From IMG/VR virus record IMGVR_UViG_3300033072_000529: DNA of 64,000 nt. The stretch is one strand, 5' to 3'. The position numbers were made by a program, and so were the translations under genes. This stretch comes from a virus (Duplodnaviria; Caudoviricetes). The notes beneath the pieces are model-generated. The model did no database searches, was not told the origin of the DNA, and saw only the letters and a program-made list of their open reading frames with translations. How positions within the stretch are numbered: position 1 is the stretch's first letter; each line of letters opens with the position of its first letter. Below are positions 28,799 to 38,002 of this stretch, piece after piece.

Positions 28799-30136
28799 AT
28801 GGCAAAAATTGACTTAGATTTATACGAAAAAATAATATTTAGAAATTTATTAAACAAAGACTCTGTTTTTCTGGCTTCCTGTGTGGAATACTTGGATAAA
28901 AGTTTATTCAAAGATAAGGATATTGGGGAAATAGTACACATTATAAAAACATTTTATTTGGAACGGGATGCTATTCCCAATTTGACGGAAATTAAGGGTA
29001 GATTGACATCATCCCAGCTTAAAGCGCATTATAAAGCAGCTATTGAGCATATAAAAGATTTAGATAAAGATTATAACGAAACGGAACTGGTAAAAAATAC
29101 AGAATACTTTCTGAAACAACGTAGCTGTGTCAACCTATTGGATGCAGCAGCCTTATCACATGCTGATAAAAAAGAAGTTGATTACGAGGAAATCCAGCGG
29201 CAAGTTGAACGTATAAACGCTATATCCCTTATAGATAATTTAGGGTTGGATTTCTTTGCAGAAAACCATAGAATCATCGAATATCTACAGAAGAAAGACA
29301 ACCTTATATCAACTGGGTATAAGGGTTTCGATGGTGCATTGGGTGGCATACAACGGGAAGGTAGAGCATTTTACTGTATTGGTGGAGAAACCAATATTGG
29401 TAAGTCAATAGTATTAGGGAATATTGCCACTAATTTTGCTCTACAGGATTTAAACATTATTATATATACCCTAGAAATGTCTGAAATGCGTTATGCTAAA
29501 CGCATTTCAGGTATGTTGACGGGTATAGCGATATCCCAATTGACTGATAAGATTGATGATTACAAGGAGTTTATCCGTGATTTTGTGGAAACACATAAAT
29601 CGAAGATAATCATCAAAGAATTTGCAGCCAAGTCCGTATCTGCCAAGACTTTATATGCCTATACGCGTAATATGATGCGTAAGAAAAAGATAGATAAATT
29701 AGATGGTCTATTTTTTGATTATCATCCTCTGTTAAAAGCGAGCGTAGCTCAGCCTAGTAAGCATGGTGAAATGCAATATATTACACAAGAGTGTCGAGGT
29801 ATGACATATTTGTTGGAAGCCCCAGGATTGAGTGTTGCTCAATTGAATAGAGGTGCCCATAAAAATGAACGACCTGGATTGGATAATGCATCGGGTAGCT
29901 GGGATATGATTTCAGATGTCGATGGTTGGGCAACAATTGCACAAAGTGATGTGGATCGAGAAGCCAATATTATTCGGTATTATGGGGATAAAGTTCGTGA
30001 CGATGGTAAAGGTAAATCAGGACAATTCACTATAGACTACAACACCCTTCGTTTATCAGAACATAACGATGATGACGAGTATTCTCCTGATGATTTACCG
30101 TCGGTAGATTTATCACAAATAGATTTTGCAGAGTGA
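28799..30136 (+). CDS. gp41: DnaB-like replicative helicase (start moved to ATG 28799)
   Basis: ISTG, GGETNIGKS, TLEMSE, IIKEF, FDY, AQLNR. Confidence 0.92.
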   Translation: MAKIDLDLYEKIIFRNLLNKDSVFLASCVEYLDKSLFKDKDIGEIVHIIKTFYLERDAIPNLTEIKGRLTSSQLKAHYKAAIEHIKDLDKDYNETELVKNTEYFLKQRSCVNLLDAAALSHADKKEVDYEEIQRQVERINAISLIDNLGLDFFAENHRIIEYLQKKDNLISTGYKGFDGALGGIQREGRAFYCIGGETNIGKSIVLGNIATNFALQDLNIIIYTLEMSEMRYAKRISGMLTGIAISQLTDKIDDYKEFIRDFVETHKSKIIIKEFAAKSVSAKTLYAYTRNMMRKKKIDKLDGLFFDYHPLLKASVAQPSKHGEMQYITQECRGMTYLLEAPGLSVAQLNRGAHKNERPGLDNASGSWDMISDVDGWATIAQSDVDREANIIRYYGDKVRDDGKGKSGQFTIDYNTLRLSEHNDDDEYSPDDLPSVDLSQIDFAE

Positions 30137-30160
30137 TTCCGGCTATATTAAGTAGCATGA

Positions 30161-30427
30161 ATGACTAGTCAACACGAATTCGTATGTCCTGATGCATCGG
30201 AAATAATAAATATGGACGAATTAGATGAGATAATAAACAAATATGGATCATATTTGACTATTATCACTAATAAACCGATATCATCGGTTACTATGTTCAT
30301 GATGACCGCTAAAACACCTGCATTACAGCAAATTTTAGTTGACTTAACAGAATTATCATGGTATTCTATTGTGGAATATTTAGCGTATCGTTACCCGATC
30401 TTGAATAAATCCAAGAAGATCAAATAG
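30161..30427 (+). CDS. hypothetical protein
   Basis: 88 aa ORF after TTAAGTA. Confidence 0.6.
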   Translation: MTSQHEFVCPDASEIINMDELDEIINKYGSYLTIITNKPISSVTMFMMTAKTPALQQILVDLTELSWYSIVEYLAYRYPILNKSKKIK

Positions 30428-30439
30428 TTAGGGCGTAGT

Positions 30440-30865
30440 ATGAATTTCAAATATCCTGAGTATAATTTTGATGAATGGTTGTATCAATTCATATGTCTGA
30501 TAGAATACGGCGAGGACACACTTGCCATTCAGGAGGCTCTAATTGAAAGTACAGAGGCGTTCATATGGCAACTACACTCCCATGCGGAAGATGAATATGA
30601 TAAGTGTGACAAATTTCTCGAATATCTTATATTATTCAATAAGTTCAATAAATTGATCGCCTATGATCCTATCGAATTAGCGGATATAGTCGCGTTCTTC
30701 ATAGAACATATCCCGAAATATAAGGGCACGGAGCATATAAAAGGAATAGCAAAATGCATCACCTTGGGCCATATCTACAAGACTCGTAAACACACTTTCA
30801 CACCTGCATTAGTTTATAAAATAACAGAATTCCTAGATATATTACAAATACCTTATAATAGATGA
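30440..30865 (+). CDS. hypothetical protein
   Basis: 141 aa ORF in the operon. Confidence 0.55.
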   Translation: MNFKYPEYNFDEWLYQFICLIEYGEDTLAIQEALIESTEAFIWQLHSHAEDEYDKCDKFLEYLILFNKFNKLIAYDPIELADIVAFFIEHIPKYKGTEHIKGIAKCITLGHIYKTRKHTFTPALVYKITEFLDILQIPYNR

Positions 30866-31539
30866 TAACGGATAAGCAGAAACAAATATATAATTTATAC
30901 ATACGGTCCACTAGAGTTAATAAGGGTAAACCTTTTAAATATAGGAAAAATTGGGATAATTTCAATGATCCTATTATAATTACTAGATTGGCCAAAATAG
31001 AGAAGTTGTTTGAGAAGTATCCGCATTTTTTCTGCGAGGATTTTTTTGATGCGCCCTATAAATTAACCGGTAATACAGATGATACATTCGGGTTAAAATG
31101 GTATACCACCCATGCCGCTATAGCTGCCTTTGTCAACTATGCCAGATTACGGAGAGAACAAAATCCCGATGAACAACTGGAGCATATTAAAAACTCCATA
31201 CGATTTATAGCGGAGTACTGTATCAGTAAGAAAATAACACTGGATAAGTATGCAACATATCAATCCGTTGTACAGCCGGATTGCTTGATACATCTAAAGG
31301 AGCATAAAATATCCTGGTATTTGGTTTTCGATATACCGGGGTTGTATAATACTTTATATTCATTAGCAGCAGATGAATTCGCATTATATTTTGGTGACGT
31401 TAATTTACACGAAATTCAGATCAGACTCAAGTCTAGCACCAAGGCACAAAGGCTTATCAATAAAGCAATACATAAATTAAAAGAGCATTTGTACTTGCAA
31501 AAACAGTCTATGTGTGATACAGTTGAATCTGATAAATAA
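30862..31539 (+). CDS. possible helicase loader (gp59-like position) / hypothetical
   Basis: Basic, aromatic, ~225 aa, immediately upstream of gp32; support is positional only. Confidence 0.35.
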   Translation: MITDKQKQIYNLYIRSTRVNKGKPFKYRKNWDNFNDPIIITRLAKIEKLFEKYPHFFCEDFFDAPYKLTGNTDDTFGLKWYTTHAAIAAFVNYARLRREQNPDEQLEHIKNSIRFIAEYCISKKITLDKYATYQSVVQPDCLIHLKEHKISWYLVFDIPGLYNTLYSLAADEFALYFGDVNLHEIQIRLKSSTKAQRLINKAIHKLKEHLYLQKQSMCDTVESDK

Positions 31540-31544
31540 CTTTT

Positions 31545-31568
31545 AAGCACTCCGCTATTGGAGTGCTT
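31545..31568 (+). promoter_or_regulatory. hairpin in the gp32 5' leader
   Basis: AAGCACTCC-gctatt-GGAGTGCTT followed by an A-rich unstructured stretch up to the ATG. Confidence 0.55.
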
Positions 31569-31593
31569 CTACGCAAATAAAAAATAATACTAC

Positions 31594-32532
31594 ATGTCTA
31601 ATATTGATATTGAAAAACTACTAAACCAAAGTGACGACAGCTATAAAGCAAGAACAGAAGCAGAAAATCAACAAAATGACGCACGCATTTTGAAGACCAA
31701 GATAGGTGGAACTTATTGGATTCGATTTGTGCCCAATGCACGTGATCCACTAAATTCCCGAGTTGCATACTCTGAATTCGGTTGGAAATCTCCAATTGAT
31801 GGTTCATATGTGTATGCAGGACGCGATCCATCCGATGAAAAAGATGCGAATGGACGACCAAAGGTAAAAGATGAAATTGTGACCAAGACCAAGTGGGCAG
31901 AATTTAAGAAGGCTAAAGATAATGGTACTGATAAAGCACCGGGTGGATATAAGCTCTTGAATCCTAGACGCAAGGAATTGGTTAATGTGTACCTCCATAA
32001 AGTGGAAGGTGATGAAGCAGCAGCTTCTAAAGTGGGTAAAGTATTAGTGTTTCGCTTCCCCGCTCAACGTATTAAAGATAAGAAAACCGATCAGATGGTC
32101 CCATCTTCTGATATCTTATCCAAGATCGAAGAAGCACTATATGGTGACAAGAAAGCCAAAATCGGTCGTAGAATGTGGAAACTTGATGCGACTGGACGTA
32201 GCTTTGTTCTAAAAGTTACAGAGAAGGCTGATTATCCTAATTATAGTAAATCAGAGTTCGATGATGCCGAAGACCTAGGTTTGACCACGGATCAAATCAA
32301 CGATATTATGTTGACTCAAGCGCATAATCTCCTTGAATTTGTGCCAGAAGTTAAATCTCAGGATGAACTTCGCCAATTATTGGATGCACATTATTTTGGC
32401 ACTATTGCTGCACCTAGTGATAATGTGGATGTTCCTGAATCCGAAGATGAAGACGATTTGATACCAGGGTTGGGTGCGCCATCTAATTCAGATGACGACG
32501 AAGACTTCCTAGCTGGTGTCGATGACGATTAA
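31594..32532 (+). CDS. gp32: single-stranded DNA-binding protein
   Basis: IRFVP, LVNVY, GKV.VFRF, F.LKV......YPNY.KS.F, highly acidic C-terminal tail. Confidence 0.85.
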   Translation: MSNIDIEKLLNQSDDSYKARTEAENQQNDARILKTKIGGTYWIRFVPNARDPLNSRVAYSEFGWKSPIDGSYVYAGRDPSDEKDANGRPKVKDEIVTKTKWAEFKKAKDNGTDKAPGGYKLLNPRRKELVNVYLHKVEGDEAAASKVGKVLVFRFPAQRIKDKKTDQMVPSSDILSKIEEALYGDKKAKIGRRMWKLDATGRSFVLKVTEKADYPNYSKSEFDDAEDLGLTTDQINDIMLTQAHNLLEFVPEVKSQDELRQLLDAHYFGTIAAPSDNVDVPESEDEDDLIPGLGAPSNSDDDEDFLAGVDDD

Positions 32533-32570
32533 TCTTTGATTAGCTTAATATTCCCGCTAAATATTGCAAT

Positions 32571-33203
32571 ATGACTGATGAAGAAGATATTGCAATTTTA
32601 GCGGGAATGAATGGTCAATTCCTTAGACAAACTATAGGACGCGACCGTGGTGCTGGCCCGTTGATCACTGGGACAGTTCGCCTTGATCCTAGAAAATTCT
32701 TGAATGGTGGTGGATACCCACAACAACCACCCCAAGGATACCCTCAACACCCCCAATATCATCCTCAGGGGTATCCACCACCATATCAGCACAATCCATA
32801 TCAACAACAACCTCCGCCGCAACAAGGGCAATATGATATGTATACTCCCCCTGATACACTTCCAGGGACGATACCGAGTTTATTACAATTACCTACTAAC
32901 GATAAAGGAGAAGTAGTGATTGCAGATGAATATAAAGCCAAGCTAGATCAAATAGCACAAGCACATTCTAATGTGCCTACATCCGGTTCAGGATTTAATA
33001 TTGATAATACTCAATCTTTTAATGTGCCAGGATTTGATCCAACCAAAGTATCCACATTCACCGAACAATTTGATGAAGTGAAGAAAGAACTAAAATTACT
33101 GAGAAGAGCAGTAAACACCTTGACAAATCTGTTACGAAAGACTATACTAGTAGAGGATCAGCCAACGCCTCCACCAACCAATACCAATGAAATTGATTCT
33201 TAA
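32571..33203 (+). CDS. hypothetical protein with P/Q/Y/G low-complexity region and C-terminal coiled coil
   Basis: GYPQQPPQGYPQHPQYHPQGYPPPYQHNPYQQQPPPQQGQY. Confidence 0.7.
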   Translation: MTDEEDIAILAGMNGQFLRQTIGRDRGAGPLITGTVRLDPRKFLNGGGYPQQPPQGYPQHPQYHPQGYPPPYQHNPYQQQPPPQQGQYDMYTPPDTLPGTIPSLLQLPTNDKGEVVIADEYKAKLDQIAQAHSNVPTSGSGFNIDNTQSFNVPGFDPTKVSTFTEQFDEVKKELKLLRRAVNTLTNLLRKTILVEDQPTPPPTNTNEIDS

Positions 33204-33921
33204 CGCACCCGATTTTACTGAAAATTATATCAAACCTGTCTTAGACCTGGATAAGAAAGGAAAGACCTCCCTATTTGTGGAGGATGGAGACTTGTATTCC
33301 ATAAATGAAGACGTAGGAGTTGCACTCTATAGTAGATACACCCCTGAGAGTATTCAGGAACCGATTGAAAGATTCAATCTGAACTTGAATACCTTAAATA
33401 AGGCATTAGCTTGTATACCTAAATCAACGTTAGAATTTGAGGTAAATGCCAATGCCAAAGTATTGACTTATAATGATTCCTTGATCAGGATCAAGCTTAC
33501 ACTCTTGGATAGCAAGGTGATGATACCGCCCCACATGCCGTATAAAACCCATATTATGGCAACACCATATCCAACACAGTTTACCGTTACCAAACTCGCG
33601 TTTGATGATATTCAACGAGCCATGAATTTCACAGAAACGGAACGCTTCTACATAGAAATGGAAGACGGGAAGGCTTTTATATACCTAGGTAATAAAAGCG
33701 ATAAAAGGGGCACACACCAGCACGATAATACTGCTCGAATTTTTCTTACAGACCAAATAACCGGAATCTCAACTGAGTCATCATATTCAATTAAAGTTTT
33801 AAAATTGTTATGCCAGCGTAAGGATGAGGTACGGTTCAAGATAGCACAAAATGGAACCCTTGTATGTGAAGTACAAGGGGGATGTTATGTGCATCGATAT
33901 TTGGTGTCATCAATAAAATAA
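33187..33921 (+). CDS. gp45: probable sliding clamp / processivity factor
   Basis: 244 aa with two-domain beta/alpha alternation; located in the replication block; no diagnostic motif. Confidence 0.5.
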   Translation: MKLILNAPDFTENYIKPVLDLDKKGKTSLFVEDGDLYSINEDVGVALYSRYTPESIQEPIERFNLNLNTLNKALACIPKSTLEFEVNANAKVLTYNDSLIRIKLTLLDSKVMIPPHMPYKTHIMATPYPTQFTVTKLAFDDIQRAMNFTETERFYIEMEDGKAFIYLGNKSDKRGTHQHDNTARIFLTDQITGISTESSYSIKVLKLLCQRKDEVRFKIAQNGTLVCEVQGGCYVHRYLVSSIK

Positions 33922-33941
33922 CTAACCAACCAACCATTATA

Positions 33942-34292
33942 ATGAGATACAACAATCAGAATGAACCAATGGATTTCCTAACTTTTCAACAGAAAGTAGG
34001 AAAGTATGAAATACAATCCCAACTATTAGATATTATGTATAAGCATAGTGATCCCCGCGCATGGTCCGCAGTGGTAAATCCTGGCACACACAATATCGTT
34101 GTGACATATTTCATCAATCGCAAAGACTTAGGTGATCGCAATTTTGATATCATCTCGTCTCGTAGAAACTTCTATGAAGTGGATGCAGACGATGTGTTCC
34201 AAACATTGGATTTGATCGTCAATCATGACGACAAAAACACTGTAGTCGATTTAAGCAGCTTAAATGCTCTCAACAGCATTAACCCCCGATAA
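33942..34292 (+). CDS. hypothetical protein, paralog of 34302..34634
   Basis: Y...DPRAWSAVVNPG..NIVVT. Confidence 0.6.
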   Translation: MRYNNQNEPMDFLTFQQKVGKYEIQSQLLDIMYKHSDPRAWSAVVNPGTHNIVVTYFINRKDLGDRNFDIISSRRNFYEVDADDVFQTLDLIVNHDDKNTVVDLSSLNALNSINPR

Positions 34293-34301
34293 TATCCATT
34301 T

Positions 34302-34634
34302 ATGTCAAAAATATCAACACAAGCATATACAATTAAACGACTACGTGACTCCGGTTACAATGTCGTAAAACTAGATAATCTACAATATACTCTGGAGGAC
34401 GAACGCAAGTGGACGATTCTCATCGATATGGGGGTTGCCAATATTTTGGCAACTTGTTATAAAGATGGTCGAATCAGCCTATACGATGGCGGACAATTCA
34501 CCGTCAATAATATGGCATATCGGGCGGAATCAGTGGAGGTTATTATAGATACCCTTAATACCTTGGGGATTTATAATAAGCATCATAGTTATTATTCTCG
34601 TCCGCAGACACTAACGGTGGATACCCTGGAGTAA
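34302..34634 (+). CDS. hypothetical protein, paralog of 33942..34292
   Basis: Y...DERKWTILIDMG..NILAT. Confidence 0.65.
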   Translation: MSKISTQAYTIKRLRDSGYNVVKLDNLQYTLEDERKWTILIDMGVANILATCYKDGRISLYDGGQFTVNNMAYRAESVEVIIDTLNTLGIYNKHHSYYSRPQTLTVDTLE

Positions 34635-35035
34635 TGCCTGTAAATAATTACATGGATGATATCACCGACAATGATCCGTTAGACCCTGTACAACCTTCTG
34701 ATGAAGTGAAAGATTCTTCATCAGAAGATGAGAAAAAAGTTATTCGATTGATGAAGGCGATGCAAGCATCTGCTAAAAATCGAAAAAACAAAGTACCTAC
34801 CAAGGTGTATAAGAATAAAGCTAAGTTAGCTGGGTCTTTACGACACATCGTAGGAGAATATCTGGATTGTTTCATCATATTGGGGTACGATGGAGAGGGA
34901 AATGATATCGTCATCACCGAAGCATCTACTCGTATGCACAATGCATCCCTGACTAAACTCATCGAGGCGTTCGTGGATAAAGTTATGATGGCAGACCAAA
35001 TACATACAACTCAGGACACGGAAGAAGACGATTGA
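34634..35035 (+). CDS. hypothetical protein (real start may be ATG 34652)
   Basis: EYLDCFIILGYD.EG core; GTAAATA at 34640-34646. Confidence 0.6.
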   Translation: MPVNNYMDDITDNDPLDPVQPSDEVKDSSSEDEKKVIRLMKAMQASAKNRKNKVPTKVYKNKAKLAGSLRHIVGEYLDCFIILGYDGEGNDIVITEASTRMHNASLTKLIEAFVDKVMMADQIHTTQDTEEDD

Positions 35036-35050
35036 GCATAAATAGCTATT

Positions 35051-35935
35051 ATGGCTATTTCGCTTAAAGATATTTTTCCTTGGGTTTCCACCGATACAGA
35101 CAAGACTTCATACCCTTCATTACGTAAGGGTATGAAGTCTTCATATGTTGAGGTATTGCAGCAACAGTTATCTCGTAACGGGTTTTATTCCGGTAGAATT
35201 GATGGTGATTTTGGAGAACAAACATATGCAGCAGTCGTACATTTTCAACAAACTCATGTAGGCTCCAACAAACAAGCACTGGATGTCGATGGAGTAGTAG
35301 GTAAACAAACTTGGTGGGCATTATACAACCCAAGTGTTGCAACAGTATCTAATAAAGTATCCAAATCGGATGATGTTATACCTGCTAATTTATCTGCAAA
35401 ACGGTTAGCAGTTTTAAAGATCGCCACTCAGGAATTGAACAAAAAAGTCAAAGAGATTCCAGATGGGTCTAATTGGGGACCAGATGTACGTAAATATCTA
35501 GAATTCTGTGGTATTGGACCAAATCCATGGTGTGCATGCTTTGCCTCCTGGGTAGTATATAACGGATTAGACAACAGTTTACCATGGGGTTCCAGAATAG
35601 CACACGTGGCTACTTTGTATAATAAGGCTAAATCTTTACAAATGGGGCATAGTGTAGCATCGGGTTACAAACCTCGTCCAGGCGATTTATTTGTAATGGT
35701 TCACTCTGATGGCACCGGACATATTGGTGTAATATCTAGAGTGTCCAAAGATGGAAAATCATTGAATGTTATAGAGGGTAATTCTGGTAATAAAGTTGCA
35801 TTGCGCACCCGTGTAGTAGGCGCAAATGATCATGTGGGATATATCAATTATCTAAAAGATGAAGATACCCCGTATGATTTCGAACTAGGATTAATTGGAA
35901 ACACTGATAGCTCCAATATATTACAAACGCGTTAA
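35051..35935 (+). CDS. endolysin: peptidoglycan-binding domain + CHAP amidase
   Basis: LRKG....V..LQ.QL...GF....IDGDFG..T..AV..FQ....VDGVVG..TW; PWCA.F..WV, GHIG, IEGN; CATAAATA at 35037. Confidence 0.9.
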   Translation: MAISLKDIFPWVSTDTDKTSYPSLRKGMKSSYVEVLQQQLSRNGFYSGRIDGDFGEQTYAAVVHFQQTHVGSNKQALDVDGVVGKQTWWALYNPSVATVSNKVSKSDDVIPANLSAKRLAVLKIATQELNKKVKEIPDGSNWGPDVRKYLEFCGIGPNPWCACFASWVVYNGLDNSLPWGSRIAHVATLYNKAKSLQMGHSVASGYKPRPGDLFVMVHSDGTGHIGVISRVSKDGKSLNVIEGNSGNKVALRTRVVGANDHVGYINYLKDEDTPYDFELGLIGNTDSSNILQTR

Positions 35936-37947
35936 GCGATTAACGATTCTAATTTTTTAGCTAATTCTGTATACCGTTGCTCGTATTTTCGATCCAACTC
36001 TGCAATGAGAGATTGAACTTCGTCAACGGTATATTTTTTTGTTCTACAACCGTCGCCGTCTGGCAATGTATCTAGGTCGTTAGATGTTTGCCAAGAGCCG
36101 TTATTTATAGATATGGGCTCGCATACACCCCCGAATTTTTCGACAATGGAAAATTGGGAGGTTGCATTCTGAGTCGGTAAAGGTTGTACAGGATTAGGTA
36201 GATTATTACTGGAGCCTATCGATCTGACCGCACTGTTGGGGTCTAATGCACCAGAAAAAGTTTTACCGTTATATGTATTGTTTATTTGTGTATTCGCGCC
36301 CACTAATTTTGTGGGAATACTAGCATAATTGTGAAAGTGGGGATGCACTTGCACAGAATTTTCACTTAATAATGATTCTATTATTATTGTCCTAGCAGGT
36401 ATGACACATGTTGCGCCATCACTACATTGACCTATAACATCATATTTGTTTGTACCTATTTCGCAGCCTTGTAATATATCTGCATATACCGTGCTTTTTT
36501 CCGGTGGTTCCATGCAACTTTCGGCACCCGTAGTATCCATTTCACAACTTTTTTGTTTACCCCATTCCCATGATTCGTATGTTTGTTGTATTTCTAATGG
36601 AGCCGTTATATGTTGTATAGTTAATTCGCCCTCTATATGTGCGCCCCCTCTTATAATAGCATTGGCAGCAACTTGTAAATTACCGTCGATTAATACTTGT
36701 TGTTCGGGGGCTGCGTTATCACCATGTATATTTTTGGATGTGGTATTTGGTCGAATTGATATAACATCTGCATTAATATCTATTCGTTCTGCTGCCAAGG
36801 CTATTTCCCCTCTGGAGTGTATTTGTATATCCTCAGATGTTTGGTGAATAGTTGGCGAATATAATTCCATAGGTCCAGTAGTTTTTATACTGATACCATT
36901 GGAACCCGCTACTAGATTATAATGATCATTACATGTCAAATCATACCCGCCTCCTGGTAGACGATCCACGGATACTTGTTCCACCAAAGGACTATGAGTA
37001 TATTGTACTTGTATGTGAGAACCATCAGGGCTAATTTTGACACCGTTGGGGACTAGTTTACCAGTTGCATCCCGACGAAATGATTCCAAATCATTGAAGG
37101 TCATGCCAACCATACCAACATAATCTTTAGTTATTTGTTCAATTTTCGTACCTGAATCAGGTTGATCATTTCTACCTAATTTTTTCTCTATTTCTAGTAA
37201 TTGTTTTTGTAGGTCAATCCGCAGTTGAGTCAATTTTTCTTTGGATGATTCTGCTGCCCAATCTCCATCTTGCGTAGACGGGCTTTCATGGGAACCATTA
37301 CAGGTTGCACAAAAATCACCGCCAGGACTCACAGTTTTATATTCTGTTTTTACTTCGGTGAATTCAGGGGGCGTTGAATTTCCTGGACTCTTTATAGATG
37401 CAGTGTATTCCGTTGCTTCGGATGTGAATATAAACTTACCATCAGTGTCTTCTACAGGACAAGACGCGTATCCGCCCGATTGTTTTTGATCTTTAGCATG
37501 ATCTATAACATTATCATATGCAACTCTCTGTACTTCAAATAGTCGTTTGATTTGATGCGATGGTCGCAGTGCTTTTTTATATTCTTCCTGAGCTTTTGAT
37601 TCTTTTACTACATCTCCTATTTTTTGATATGCATCCCCTAAAATGATTTCTTCTTTAGTTTTATCAACCATTACGATATTATTACCGTTTATTTCTGTTC
37701 TAGAATCTCCGATAATATGTTCTCGTTTATCTAATGGGTGTAATTCGTCTGTGGAATATTTATTAAATCTTAATAATGTGCCATTTTTATGGTATAATGT
37801 GACCATTTCATCACCTTTGGTATTAACAAACTCTAAACCACCAGCCGGTTGGTTGATTATAGATAAATCGCGAAACACATCTTCATTTGGTTGCGCATCA
37901 TTTTGTCTATTACCTGGATATGTAGGACTGGTCTTATTATTTTCCAT
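35932..37947 (-). CDS. gp5: gp5-like tail spike, C-terminal (beta-helix) part
   Basis: LEFVNT.G.E.V.LYH..GT followed by G-spaced beta-strand repeats; His-rich HPHFH near the C-terminus; own late promoters at 37951-37966. Confidence 0.55.
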   Translation of the reverse strand: MENNKTSPTYPGNRQNDAQPNEDVFRDLSIINQPAGGLEFVNTKGDEMVTLYHKNGTLLRFNKYSTDELHPLDKREHIIGDSRTEINGNNIVMVDKTKEEIILGDAYQKIGDVVKESKAQEEYKKALRPSHQIKRLFEVQRVAYDNVIDHAKDQKQSGGYASCPVEDTDGKFIFTSEATEYTASIKSPGNSTPPEFTEVKTEYKTVSPGGDFCATCNGSHESPSTQDGDWAAESSKEKLTQLRIDLQKQLLEIEKKLGRNDQPDSGTKIEQITKDYVGMVGMTFNDLESFRRDATGKLVPNGVKISPDGSHIQVQYTHSPLVEQVSVDRLPGGGYDLTCNDHYNLVAGSNGISIKTTGPMELYSPTIHQTSEDIQIHSRGEIALAAERIDINADVISIRPNTTSKNIHGDNAAPEQQVLIDGNLQVAANAIIRGGAHIEGELTIQHITAPLEIQQTYESWEWGKQKSCEMDTTGAESCMEPPEKSTVYADILQGCEIGTNKYDVIGQCSDGATCVIPARTIIIESLLSENSVQVHPHFHNYASIPTKLVGANTQINNTYNGKTFSGALDPNSAVRSIGSSNNLPNPVQPLPTQNATSQFSIVEKFGGVCEPISINNGSWQTSNDLDTLPDGDGCRTKKYTVDEVQSLIAELDRKYEQRYTELAKKLESLIA

Positions 37948-38002
37948 CGTTATTTAAGTATTTATGGACTTGCATATGCACCACAACGGTGTAAAGTAGT
38001 GT

